A stretch of 64,000 nucleotides of DNA from Gammaproteobacteria bacterium (GCA_965238175.1 CBDEGZ010000003.1:2240001-2304000), one strand, 5' to 3'. Positions 27,421-37,227 are shown, numbered from the stretch's first letter. Numbers and translations: made by a program. The notes: generated from the letters alone by a model not told the origin.

Positions 27421-27512
27421 TAGATCAAACCATCTGACGTGATCGATCAAACCAAGTGGCGCGTTACATATAGAGAGTGCATACGATAGATCAAACCATG
27501 TGGCGCGTTACA
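27421..27512 (+). repeat. Prophage right end: three transposase-binding-type repeats
   Basis: GATCAAACCA at 27423, 27445, 27489; the last two continue (A/T)GTGGCGCGTTACA ending 27468 and 27512. Confidence 0.85.
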
Positions 27513-27529
27513 GGTGCTGGATATTAAAA

Positions 27530-27616
27530 TGGTGCCCGGGGCCGGAGTCGAACCGGCACGGTGTTGCCACCGAGGGATTTTAAGTCCCTTGCGTCTACCA
27601 ATTTCGCCACCCGGGC
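27530..27616 (-). tRNA. leuZ: tRNA-Leu(TAA)
   Basis: GCCCGGG acceptor, AGGGA-CTTAAAA-TCCCT, long variable arm, CCA; glyW-cysT-leuZ synteny. Confidence 0.97.
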
Positions 27617-27628
27617 ATTGGGTGGTCT

Positions 27629-27935
27629 TACAAGTCTGCCACTTTACGAAGCTGATTTCGGTAGTGTCTCACACTACTGTCACCACAACGCCACCTGGAA
27701 CAAAGGTGATTATACAAGCCTGCCACTTTACGAAGCTGATTTCGGTAGTTGTCTCACACTACTGTCACCACAACGCCACCTGGAACAAAGGTGATTATAC
27801 AAGTCTGCCACTTTACGAAGCTGATTTCGGTAGTGTCTCACACTACTGTCGCCACAATGCCACCTGGGACAAAGGTGGTTATACAGTCGCTGTTTTACGA
27901 AGTTCGTACTGTGCACTACTGCCACAACTAGCCAC
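27629..27935. repeat. Tandem array of 84/85-bp structured units (3 full + 1 degenerate) between cysT and leuZ
   Basis: Units start 27629, 27713, 27798, 27882; internal hairpins CGAAG-CTGA-TTTCG and GTAGTGT-CTC-ACACTAC. Confidence 0.93.
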
Positions 27936-28018
27936 TAATTTTTGATCCATATAATTAGTGTTATTCTATTTCAATCGACACCTTTTTTATACAAACATAT
28001 ATCTGCAACGAAGAAGAA

Positions 28019-28092
28019 TGGAGGCTGAACCCGGAATCGAACCGGGGTACACGGCTTTGCAGGCCGCTACATCACCACTCTGCCATTCAGCC
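28019..28092 (-). tRNA. cysT: tRNA-Cys(GCA)
   Basis: GGCTGAA acceptor, GCGGC-CTGCAAA-GCCGT, GGTTCGATTCC, CCA. Confidence 0.95.
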
Positions 28093-28138
28093 TTTAGGTG
28101 TTTGTTAACAATCTTGTTCTTATTCTTACTTCACAAAC

Positions 28139-28165
28139 TAAAAACCCCGGTTGTCCGGGGATTTT
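28139..28165 (-). terminator. Terminator-like hairpin between glyW and cysT
   Basis: Minus strand CCCCGG-ACAA-CCGGGG followed by T-run. Confidence 0.55.
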
Positions 28166-28175
28166 AAGAATATTC

Positions 28176-28250
28176 TGGAGCGGGAAACGAGATTCGAACT
28201 CGCGACCCCAACCTTGGCAAGGTTGTGCTCTACCACTGAGCTATTCCCGC
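28176..28250 (-). tRNA. glyW: tRNA-Gly(GCC)
   Basis: GCGGGAATAGCTCAGTGGTAGAGCACAACCTTGCCAAGGTTG...CCA. Confidence 0.97.
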
Positions 28251-28346
28251 TTAAATTAAGACGCGCCATTTTAACTGTTGTTACAGTTCTGTCAAGACGA
28301 GAACCTTGTGTTTGTGGCGTTTCGCTAACAACTTCTGTTTCATTAT

Positions 28347-28904
28347 TCAGACCTTTTCATCCGACAGACTTGGCCATGCTGCTATTAAATATAAACACAT
28401 AGACCAAACTGTTAGAACTGCGGCTATATAAAGTAGAACATACCCAATCGTAAAAGTGGCTATAGCTCCAATGGGGTCTCGATATATTAGGCAAAAAATA
28501 GCAATCATCTGTGCCGTTGTTTTCACTTTCCCTAATGTCGAGACTGCCACCTGACTACGAGCACCGACTTCAGCCATCCATTCTCTTAAAGCTGAGATCG
28601 TGATTTCACGCCCGATTATGATGGCAGTCGGAATAGCTAACCAAACCGTTGGGTGTTGTTGCAATAACACAATCAAAACCGTCGAGACCATTAATTTATC
28701 AGCGACTGGATCAAGAAAAGCACCGAGTGATGACTCCTGGTTTAATTTTCTTGCCAGGTACCCATCAAGTAAATCGGTAAATGCCGCAACGGCAAAGATG
28801 GTTGCAGAAACTTCGTAGACCCACTCATAAGGAAGATAAAAGACCACCACAAAAACTGGGATCAAAATTATTCTTAGTAGTGTCAGTATATTAGGTATAT
28901 TCAT
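28347..28904 (-). CDS. pgsA: CDP-diacylglycerol--glycerol-3-phosphate 3-phosphatidyltransferase
   Basis: MNIPNILTLLR, TDLLDGYLAR...GAFLDPVADK; uvrC-pgsA-glyW synteny. Confidence 0.97.
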   Translation of the reverse strand: MNIPNILTLLRIILIPVFVVVFYLPYEWVYEVSATIFAVAAFTDLLDGYLARKLNQESSLGAFLDPVADKLMVSTVLIVLLQQHPTVWLAIPTAIIIGREITISALREWMAEVGARSQVAVSTLGKVKTTAQMIAIFCLIYRDPIGAIATFTIGYVLLYIAAVLTVWSMCLYLIAAWPSLSDEKV

Positions 28905-30739
28905 TCGTGAAATATTTGATAGATTTTTTCGGCCAGTTGCTTACTAATACCTGGTACTTGTTGTAAGTCATCAACCCCGGCATTCGTAATACCCTGTAGC
29001 CCACCGAAATGCCTGATCAAACTTTGTCGTCGTTTGTTTCCAACACCTTCAATCTTTTCAAGTGGTGAAACTCCTCTTTTTTTATCCCGCTGTTTGCGAT
29101 GTCCAGTTATCGCAAATCGATGCGCTTCATCTCTAATTTGTTGGATCAGATGTAATGCTGGAGCATCTGCAGCCAGTGACATGGTAGCGCGCCCATCTGA
29201 AAGTACAAGGGTTTCCTCGCCAGGTTTTCGTGCTGGGCCTTTCGCAACCCCAACAATCGTAATTTCAGTGATTTGTAAATTTTCTAACACATCTACCGCT
29301 TGAGTAACCTGCCCTTTTCCACCATCTATCAATAACAATTCAGGCATTTTGCCTTCTTCTTTTTTTATGCGTGAATAGCGCCGTTCAAGTGCTTGATGCA
29401 TAGCTGCATAATCATCACCAGGAATTATATTTTTAATATTAAAACGCCGATATTGGGCTTTCAGTGCACCTTCTTTTCCAAACACAACACACGAGGCGAC
29501 TGTTGATTCTCCACTCGTGTGACTTATATCGAAACACTCAATCCGTTCGATTACTTCATCCATTCCTAATGCTTCTGTTAGCGCTTCATTGCGCTTCCTT
29601 TGACTACTTGTTGTCGAAAATTTTTGTGCTAAAGCAAGGCTGGCATTCTCTTTTGCCATTTTTACCCAACGTGCCCGATCACCTCGTAATTCATTTTTGA
29701 TCTTCACTTTATGGCCACATTGACCTTCCATCACCTCCGCAACTAAGTCACTACCTTCAATCTTGTGGCTCAATAGTATCGTTGGTGGTATTTCACGATC
29801 AGTACGATCTGTCAGGTAATATTGCGAGATGAAAGCGGTCAGGATCTCACTTTGCTCAGATTCTTTTGAATGTGCTGGAAAAAACACCTTATTACCCAAA
29901 TTGTGACCACCCCGTATAATAAACAATGTGACACAACTCATCCCCTTTTGAACTTCACACGCAATAATGTCAATATTGTTACTGCCCGAGCTGATGTATT
30001 GTTTTTGCTGTACAACATTAAGTACATTTATTTGATCTCGATAACGCGCAGCCGTTTCAAATTCAAGCTTGTTCGAAGCTTGCTCCATTCTATCAGCCAG
30101 TAAATCACTTACTTCTTGGTTCCTTCCTTGTAAAAATAATTCTGCATGATGCACATCCTGTTGATAGTCTTTACTTTCAATGAAGTTGACGCATGGCGCG
30201 GTACATCGATCAATTTGAAACTGTAAACAAGGACGAGAGCGGTTATTAAAATAACTGTCTTCACATTGGCGGATCTGGAAAAGTTTCTGCAATAAAGTCA
30301 ACGTCTTACGAACGGATCCTGCACCAGGATATGGGCCAAAGTATTTACCCTTTCCTTTTCTCGCACCTCTATGAAAGCTTAGCCGAGGAAACTTTTGATC
30401 ACTGGAAAGATAAATATAGGGATACGCTTTGTCATCTCTTAACAGTACGTTGTAACGTGGCTTCAGTTCTTTGATCAGATTATTTTCGAGGATCAACGCC
30501 TCCTTTTCAGTATGCGTTACCGTGATCTCAACACCGGCAACATTAGCCACCATAGAACGAGTTTTAGGTGCATGTTGTTTTGAGCTCTGAAAATAACTAG
30601 TGACTCTATTTTTTAGATTTTTAGCCTTACCTACATAAATAACCGTTTGCTTGTTATCTAACATACGATAGACGCCAGGTTTACCGGTTAAGTTCTTGCA
30701 GTATTCTTTCCCATCAAAATCTTTCATATCGCCTGTCAT
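28901..30739 (-). CDS. uvrC: Excinuclease ABC subunit C
   Basis: PGVYRM..YVGKAKNLKNRV GIY-YIG, IECFDISH, LIDGGKGQ, IRDEAHRFAI, HhH. Confidence 0.98.
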   Translation of the reverse strand: MTGDMKDFDGKEYCKNLTGKPGVYRMLDNKQTVIYVGKAKNLKNRVTSYFQSSKQHAPKTRSMVANVAGVEITVTHTEKEALILENNLIKELKPRYNVLLRDDKAYPYIYLSSDQKFPRLSFHRGARKGKGKYFGPYPGAGSVRKTLTLLQKLFQIRQCEDSYFNNRSRPCLQFQIDRCTAPCVNFIESKDYQQDVHHAELFLQGRNQEVSDLLADRMEQASNKLEFETAARYRDQINVLNVVQQKQYISSGSNNIDIIACEVQKGMSCVTLFIIRGGHNLGNKVFFPAHSKESEQSEILTAFISQYYLTDRTDREIPPTILLSHKIEGSDLVAEVMEGQCGHKVKIKNELRGDRARWVKMAKENASLALAQKFSTTSSQRKRNEALTEALGMDEVIERIECFDISHTSGESTVASCVVFGKEGALKAQYRRFNIKNIIPGDDYAAMHQALERRYSRIKKEEGKMPELLLIDGGKGQVTQAVDVLENLQITEITIVGVAKGPARKPGEETLVLSDGRATMSLAADAPALHLIQQIRDEAHRFAITGHRKQRDKKRGVSPLEKIEGVGNKRRQSLIRHFGGLQGITNAGVDDLQQVPGISKQLAEKIYQIFHE

Positions 30740-30893
30740 AGGTAAATTATATCTGGATCAAAAATTCCTTTCTGGATTTATCTTTCCGGATCCATTATTG
30801 ACTACTTTTGTCACATTCAGACACCATTAAAAGCTAAAATATCGTGCTATAGTTTTATCTCAATAAATTTGGTCGCTGCAGGATATTATTAAC

Positions 30894-31319
30894 ATGTCAT
30901 TTCAAAAGAAACGTTTAAGTGGATTTTCACTGATCGAATTACTGGTCGTCTTAGTTATTCTCGGTTTATTAGCCGCCGTCGTCGGACCCAATGTAATGAA
31001 TAAACTTGGTGGGGCAAAATCAAAAACCGCCCGTTTGCAAATTGAAGATTTAAGTGCTGCGCTTGACATTTTTTCACTTGAAATTGGACGCTATCCCAAC
31101 ACAAATGAAGGCTTAAAAGCACTCGTCACTAACCCTGGTGATGCTTCAAACTGGAATGGTCCTTATCTCAAGAAAAAAACGATTCCTGATGACCCTTGGG
31201 GAAATGCTTATCACTATAAATCACCCGGTGATAATGGCTCCTATGATCTATATTCATTAGGCGCGGATAATGCTCAAGGTGGTGATAAAGATAGCGCTGA
31301 TATTAACAGTTGGGAATAA
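30894..31319 (+). CDS. gspG: Type II secretion major pseudopilin
   Basis: GFSLIELLVV prepilin motif, GRYP..EGL.AL, WNGPYL, DPWGNAY. Confidence 0.95.
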   Translation: MSFQKKRLSGFSLIELLVVLVILGLLAAVVGPNVMNKLGGAKSKTARLQIEDLSAALDIFSLEIGRYPNTNEGLKALVTNPGDASNWNGPYLKKKTIPDDPWGNAYHYKSPGDNGSYDLYSLGADNAQGGDKDSADINSWE

Positions 31320-31349
31320 CAACCCAGTATCTCTCTAAGAAATATAGCC

Positions 31350-31862
31350 ATGCTCCTTTTCTCATCTTCAGTTAGAAAAAACCAGGCGGATCAAAAAGGT
31401 TTTTCACTACTAGAAATATTAGTTGTGCTAGTCATTATTGGATTTATGGTAGTCCTAGTTCCGCCACGTTTATCAGGTGTAATAGCTAGCACACAAGCTA
31501 AAGCATCTGCCAGAGATATGGTTTCAGCTTTACGACAATCACGTAGTCATGCTATTGGTCGTCAAAAAGAACAAACTTTTAAACTTGATCTAAAGAAAAA
31601 AACGTTCACATTTGATCAAAAAAAGATCAAAAAACTACCAGAAAATTTAAAAATCAGTCTGTATACTGCACGATCGGAGCAATTTTCGGATCAAACCGGC
31701 GCAATCCGTTTTTTCCCAGATGGTTCTTCTACAGGTGGAAGAATCAAACTAACAATGAATAATTTACATCTTTTCATTGATATAAATTGGCTAACAGGGA
31801 AAGTGGCTTTACTTGAGAATCTCGATCCTGAACAATGGAAACTGGGTCAAAATAATCACTAA
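31350..31862 (+). CDS. gspH: GspH/FimT-family minor pseudopilin
   Basis: GFSLLEILVV, IRFFPDGSSTGGRI, INWLTG. Confidence 0.85.
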   Translation: MLLFSSSVRKNQADQKGFSLLEILVVLVIIGFMVVLVPPRLSGVIASTQAKASARDMVSALRQSRSHAIGRQKEQTFKLDLKKKTFTFDQKKIKKLPENLKISLYTARSEQFSDQTGAIRFFPDGSSTGGRIKLTMNNLHLFIDINWLTGKVALLENLDPEQWKLGQNNH

Positions 31863-31951
31863 CACTATAATCAATCATGGTATAAACATTGCCCGGCAAA
31901 TGGAAACCAAATCAAAAATAATCACTAACGTTACAGGTTTTATAGTCATTT

Positions 31952-34156
31952 ATGAATCAGCCATCTAAAAAACAAACATTTTTTTCTTTTTCTCGTTCTC
32001 TAACCACGTCACTTTTATTCAGTAGTCTATTGATACTTTCTTCGTGTGAAAGTCTTGTGAATCATAAACCTGTGGCGCCTGAAATAGATGATTTGCTCGA
32101 ATCTGCCGATCAACCTGAATCGAGAACGATTATTAAGGAAATAGAATCGGAACAATCCACAAGTACAGCTACAAAAGTTGCAAAAGAACCTGAATTCTTT
32201 CCTGGCAATGGCGTTTTCGTGGGTCACTCACACTATGCGGACAACTCCGGATCCGGTTCACAAAAATCAAAAGGTGATGTCACACTAAACTTTCAAGACA
32301 CCGACATTCATGAAGTTGTAAAAGTCGTACTCGGTGATTTATTAAAAAGAAACTACTTAATTGATCCTGCAGTTGCCGGTACCGTCAATATCCAAACCAG
32401 CAAACCTCTTACGAGAGAAGATCTTTTGCCGATATTAGAAAACCTATTACAAATGTCTGGCGCGACCATGCTTGAATCCGACGGTTTGATCAAAGTTGTG
32501 CCTGCATCCAGCGCTGTTTTGTCATCATTGCCTCCAGGCATAGGAAATAGCATTTCTTCAAGCTCCGGTGGATTTCACACACAAATAGTTCCCCTGCGTT
32601 ATGTTGGTGTTGACGAGATCAATAAAATTCTCCAACCCTTTTTAAAAGACACAATCGTGCAACTTTATCCGCAACGCAACCTGATGATTCTGTCAGGCGC
32701 TCAGTCAGATCTAAAACGCCTGGTTGAAACCATTCATATATTTGATGTGGACTGGTTGAAGGGAATGTCGCTTGCGATGGTGCCTATCAACTACGCAAAT
32801 TCAAATGATATCGTTAATGAGCTAGATGACCTGTTCGGCAAAGCTTCTGGCAGCCCATTAGCGGATATAGTCCGGTTTATAGGTCTGGAACGTTTGAATT
32901 CAGTTATCGTCGTCACCCAACAACCTCGTTATCTGAAAGAAATGACCACCTGGATACAACGACTGGATCGCTCCGATGGTGCTGGCGGTCAACGACTGTA
33001 TGTATATCAAGTACAAAACACGCGTGCTGCTGAACTGGCAGAAGTACTGAATAATGTTTTTTCAGATCAAAATAGTAATTCCTCTCAATTTCCAGATGCT
33101 GAACTTGCGCCAGGACTTGAGCCGGTTGTGATAGAAAGCGAAACGGTTGATGGTCAACAAACCGGTACTGCTGATCAGCAATCAAGTGATTCATCAAGAC
33201 CTTCCCTTATTGTCGGTGAAGGGGTGGCTTTACCCGGTGCAGATGCCGTTAAGATCATTGCGGATGAAAGCAATAACTCTTTAGTTATACTGGCCTCACC
33301 TACTGATTATCAAATGGTCGAAAGTGCCTTACAAAAACTGGATATCACACCACTACAAGTGTTGATAGAAGCCAGTATTATTGAGGTCTCTTTAACGGAC
33401 GATCTCACATATGGCCTTGAGTGGTTCTTCAAAAATAGTACAGGGTTCGGAGAAGGTCAAGGCACGCTCGATTTAAATGGTGCAGGCGGACTCAATGCAC
33501 TAGTACCTGGTTTTTCCTATGGAGTAGTTGCTGCGGGCGGTGATGTACGTGCGGTGTTTAATGCTTTGGCAAGTGAATCGAAAGCAAATGTTTTATCTGC
33601 ACCCTCTCTAATGGTATTAGACAATCACACAGCCAGTATAAGTATAGGTAATCAAGTACCTGTTCTAACCAGCCAATCTACAAGTAACATTGGAACAAAT
33701 TCACCTACAGTCAATCAAATAGAGTACCGTGACACGGGTGTGTTAATGACAGTAACCCCACGAGTGAATGCTAGTGGATTGATTATCATGGAAATTAAAC
33801 AAGAAGTAACTAACGTGACCGAAGCAAATAATTTAGGGCCAACGTTTAATCAAAGAACAATAGAGAGCACAATATCCGTTAATACGGGTAACACGATTGT
33901 CTTAGGCGGTCTGATCAGCGATGAGCGAGAAAAAAGTAAAAGCGGTATTCCAGGCTTACATAAAGCACCGATCATCGGCCCACTCTTTGGTCAGACAGGT
34001 AATACGCTAGATCGTACAGAATTGGTTTTGCTTCTAACACCAAGAGTAATTCGTAATGACTTAGATACTTGGGAAGTAACAAACGAATTTAAAAACAAAC
34101 TACAAGATCTTCGCGACCAGTTGGAAGACGATGATTTTATAATTTCAGAAGATTGA
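31952..34156 (+). CDS. gspD: Type II secretion secretin (lipoprotein-type signal)
   Basis: LILSSC lipobox, TLNFQDTDI N0 domain, QVLIEASIIEV, TGV.M.VTPRVN, RTELVLLLTPRVI. Confidence 0.95.
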   Translation: MNQPSKKQTFFSFSRSLTTSLLFSSLLILSSCESLVNHKPVAPEIDDLLESADQPESRTIIKEIESEQSTSTATKVAKEPEFFPGNGVFVGHSHYADNSGSGSQKSKGDVTLNFQDTDIHEVVKVVLGDLLKRNYLIDPAVAGTVNIQTSKPLTREDLLPILENLLQMSGATMLESDGLIKVVPASSAVLSSLPPGIGNSISSSSGGFHTQIVPLRYVGVDEINKILQPFLKDTIVQLYPQRNLMILSGAQSDLKRLVETIHIFDVDWLKGMSLAMVPINYANSNDIVNELDDLFGKASGSPLADIVRFIGLERLNSVIVVTQQPRYLKEMTTWIQRLDRSDGAGGQRLYVYQVQNTRAAELAEVLNNVFSDQNSNSSQFPDAELAPGLEPVVIESETVDGQQTGTADQQSSDSSRPSLIVGEGVALPGADAVKIIADESNNSLVILASPTDYQMVESALQKLDITPLQVLIEASIIEVSLTDDLTYGLEWFFKNSTGFGEGQGTLDLNGAGGLNALVPGFSYGVVAAGGDVRAVFNALASESKANVLSAPSLMVLDNHTASISIGNQVPVLTSQSTSNIGTNSPTVNQIEYRDTGVLMTVTPRVNASGLIIMEIKQEVTNVTEANNLGPTFNQRTIESTISVNTGNTIVLGGLISDEREKSKSGIPGLHKAPIIGPLFGQTGNTLDRTELVLLLTPRVIRNDLDTWEVTNEFKNKLQDLRDQLEDDDFIISED

Positions 34157-34184
34157 TCTTCTAATTTAAATTACTAGTGTTAGA

Positions 34185-34952
34185 TCAAAATTTATCTTTT
34201 AATTTTCTGATCCGGGCGAATACTAACTCGTCTGGTTCAGAAAACATTCCTAAATAGTCTCGAATTTCTAAATTATCTGGCCGCAAAAAAGGATTGGTTT
34301 GTTTTTCAATAACAAGTGTCGTTGGAATCGTTGGTTTTGCTGCTTTACGTAAAACACGAACTTCTGTCATACGATGTAGCAACTGCTCATTTTCTGGATC
34401 TATAGATAAAGCGAAGTTTCCATTATTTTCGGTGTATTCGTGAGCACAGTAGATCATCGTTTGGTCGGGCCACTGTAATAATTTTTGCAATGACTCCCAC
34501 ATTTGTTTGGCCGAGCCTTCAAACAAACGTCCACACCCCATTGAAAATAAAGTATCTCCGACAAATGCCATATTTTGATCGGCCAAATAGTAAGCAATAT
34601 GGCCTGATGTATGACCGGGAGTTTCCGCGATCATTATTTCATGCTGGCCAAACGAAAATATTTCCTCATCACGTACACAAATGTCTATACCGGGAATTCT
34701 ATCTTTATCAATCTCTGCACCAACAATCGTGCAGCCAGTCATTTCTTTGAGTTGTAGATTTCCACCGACATGATCGAAGTGATGATGAGTATTAAACACA
34801 TGCGTCAATTTCCAGTGGTTTTCATTTAACACAGTCATGATTGCGTCAACTTCTGGCGTATCGACAGTAGCGGTTAAACCGGTATCATGATCATGCAACA
34901 GATAACCGTAATTATCTTCTAGACAAGGAATTTGAACGATTTCTATGCTCAT
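34185..34952 (-). CDS. gloB: Hydroxyacylglutathione hydrolase (glyoxalase II)
   Basis: THHHFDHVGG, TPGHTSGH, GDTLFSMGCGRLFEG, CAHEYT, NPFLR. Confidence 0.95.
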   Translation of the reverse strand: MSIEIVQIPCLEDNYGYLLHDHDTGLTATVDTPEVDAIMTVLNENHWKLTHVFNTHHHFDHVGGNLQLKEMTGCTIVGAEIDKDRIPGIDICVRDEEIFSFGQHEIMIAETPGHTSGHIAYYLADQNMAFVGDTLFSMGCGRLFEGSAKQMWESLQKLLQWPDQTMIYCAHEYTENNGNFALSIDPENEQLLHRMTEVRVLRKAAKPTIPTTLVIEKQTNPFLRPDNLEIRDYLGMFSEPDELVFARIRKLKDKF

Positions 34953-35067
34953 TTATTCTCCATCAAAAATATTATATAAATGATGATGTTAATCATGCAT
35001 CATGATATTCTTTCAAGCAAATCTTTTGTTGTTATAACTACAACTGAAAACAAAGAATATTTTACCG

Positions 35068-37227
35068 TTGATGACTAAAAAATTAACCCTACTGATCGTA
35101 GATGATGATCAAGACACTCGCAAATTAATAGAACGTTCTTTATCAATAGAACAGTTTAATTTTCTGCATGCGGGCAGTGGCGAATTAGCGCTGGAAATAA
35201 TCGAACAATCATCGCCAGATCTGATCATGCTAGATGTCATTATGCCAGGCATTGATGGTTTCGAGGTCTGTCAATTAATCCGCGAACAAAAAAATGGTGA
35301 TTTTATTCCCATTCTGATCATGTCATCTCTTGATGATATGGATTCGATTAACAAGGCATACAATGCAGGTGCAACTGATTTTGTAATTAAGCCCTTTAAT
35401 CCAACATTACTCCACTATCAAATCAAGTTTTTGCTAAAAGCTAAACTTACTGATGATAAATTAAGAAGTACACAACAAAGACTAGTTACGACTCAACGAA
35501 TTGCAAAATTAGGCCATTGGGCATGGTCCTTTAATGACAATATTATTACCTGGTCTGACGAAGTATGTCAGATCATGGGCTTTCCCACTTCCACCAAGTC
35601 CGCTGGACATTATGAGATAGCTAATAAAATCCATTTAGATGACGTTGTACGTGTTAAAGATTTGATCAAAAGTGCTATTCAACAGAAAACAGCCTATCAA
35701 GTCGAGCACAAAATTATCTTACCAAACAATCAGGTAAGAACGGTGTTACAAGAAGCGGAAATATTCTTAGATAAAAATGGAAATGCTGAAAAGGTGGTTG
35801 GTACCTTGCAAGATATTACCAATAAGAAAATATCAGAAGACAAAATCAAAAGCCTTTCTTATTACGATAAAGTTACAGGCCTCCCTAATCGCAAACTACT
35901 AAAACGCTTATTAAAAAAATATATTCAAAGAGCACATGCAAAACAATCGATACCTGTTCTTACCATTACATTAGACCGGTTCAAGCTAATTACAGATTCT
36001 TATGGGCACGCGTTTGGTGAAAATTTGATTAGAAAAATAGCCATAAGATTAATTCGTAGTGTTAAAGACTCAGCATATTTTGTTCGCAATGACTACGAAA
36101 ATATCTTTCAAAAACCAGATCTTAAAAAGAACATAACCATTGCTCATTGTGGTGGTGATGAGTTTGTTGTTCTGTTGCCAGAAATTCCGGAGATTGATGA
36201 TACAGCCCTGGTTGCTAAAAATATAACCGATGGCCTATCCAAGCCTTATCTTGTTTCCGGACAAGAGATCCGGGCTACTGCCAGTGTTGGAATTAGTGTT
36301 TATCCAGTCGATGGAAAAGATCCCGATACGCTGCTCAAAAGTAGTGCAATTGCTCTATACCATGCAAAAAGACAAGGTGGGGATGACTACAAATTTTATA
36401 CTGCCAAAATGAATGCTCGTGCATTTAAACGTTTGACGCTTGAAACTCACATTCGAAAAGCTATTGATGAAAAACAATTTGTACTTTTTTATCAACCAAA
36501 AATATCTCTGTCGACAAATCAACTAGTCGGAATGGAAACCCTATTACGTTGGAAACATCCGGAACTAGGAATAATCTCACCAGATGAATTTATAAACATT
36601 ATTGAAAAAACAGGTCTTGTAGTTGCCCTCGGTGAACGGATAATCAAAGCGGTTTGCGAACAAATCAAACAATGGGAAATTGAAGGGTATCAGCTGGTTC
36701 CAGTTGCAATTAACCTTTCACCAGTTCAGTTAAGACAAAAAGATCTGCATTTACGTATTGGTAAGATACTAAAGAAAACAAAAGTAAAAGCTCACATGAT
36801 CGAACTTGAGATTACCGAGAGTTCGTTGATGAACAATATTGATAAAGCTATAGCCATGTTAAAAAAATTGCGCTTACTGGGTACTCAGATCTCTTTGGAT
36901 GATTTTGGAACAGGCTACTCTTCCTTAACTTATCTAAAACACTTCCCTGTAAACAGTTTGAAAATTGATCGAAGCTTTGTTGAAAACGTCACAAACGATC
37001 AAGATGATGCTGCCATTATTAAAGGTGTAACCGCTATGGCGCACAATATGCAACTCGAAGTCATTGCCGAGGGAATAGAAAATCAACAACAACTCACCTT
37101 TTTGAAAAATATTGGTTGTGATTATGGTCAAGGATATTTATTTGGTGAGCCTGTTGATGCCGGAATATTCACAAAAAAATTCATGCATAGAATAGATCAA
37201 GATGATGTCATGACACTTGGTGAATAA
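35068..37227 (+). CDS. REC-PAS-GGDEF-EAL c-di-GMP signalling protein
   Basis: LIVDDD/LDVIMP receiver, LGHWAW PAS, GGDEF, ETLLRW and DDFGTGYSSL. Confidence 0.93.
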   Translation: MMTKKLTLLIVDDDQDTRKLIERSLSIEQFNFLHAGSGELALEIIEQSSPDLIMLDVIMPGIDGFEVCQLIREQKNGDFIPILIMSSLDDMDSINKAYNAGATDFVIKPFNPTLLHYQIKFLLKAKLTDDKLRSTQQRLVTTQRIAKLGHWAWSFNDNIITWSDEVCQIMGFPTSTKSAGHYEIANKIHLDDVVRVKDLIKSAIQQKTAYQVEHKIILPNNQVRTVLQEAEIFLDKNGNAEKVVGTLQDITNKKISEDKIKSLSYYDKVTGLPNRKLLKRLLKKYIQRAHAKQSIPVLTITLDRFKLITDSYGHAFGENLIRKIAIRLIRSVKDSAYFVRNDYENIFQKPDLKKNITIAHCGGDEFVVLLPEIPEIDDTALVAKNITDGLSKPYLVSGQEIRATASVGISVYPVDGKDPDTLLKSSAIALYHAKRQGGDDYKFYTAKMNARAFKRLTLETHIRKAIDEKQFVLFYQPKISLSTNQLVGMETLLRWKHPELGIISPDEFINIIEKTGLVVALGERIIKAVCEQIKQWEIEGYQLVPVAINLSPVQLRQKDLHLRIGKILKKTKVKAHMIELEITESSLMNNIDKAIAMLKKLRLLGTQISLDDFGTGYSSLTYLKHFPVNSLKIDRSFVENVTNDQDDAAIIKGVTAMAHNMQLEVIAEGIENQQQLTFLKNIGCDYGQGYLFGEPVDAGIFTKKFMHRIDQDDVMTLGE

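Larger units (their letters stand above)
1..27512 (+). mobile_element. Mu-like transposable prophage, late region and right end (left part outside window)
   Basis: Co-oriented Mu-order genes (gp26, gp27, gp28 terminase, gp29 portal, F, G, I, T, gp36); terminal repeats ending ...GCGCGTTACA at 27512, followed by host tRNA genes. Confidence 0.93.

Noticed and set aside
27513-27616. Integrase-type att site at tRNA-Leu
   Set aside because: No duplicated tRNA 3' segment or integrase in the window; phage end has transposon-type repeats
27629-27935. CRISPR array
   Set aside because: Whole 84-bp units repeat with no unique spacers, and no cas genes are in the window
27514-28402. ORFs 27514-27945, 27561-27794, 27728-27925, 27749-27931, 27958-28167, 28151-28402
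   Set aside because: They overlap tRNA genes or arise from the 84-bp (28-codon) repeat period
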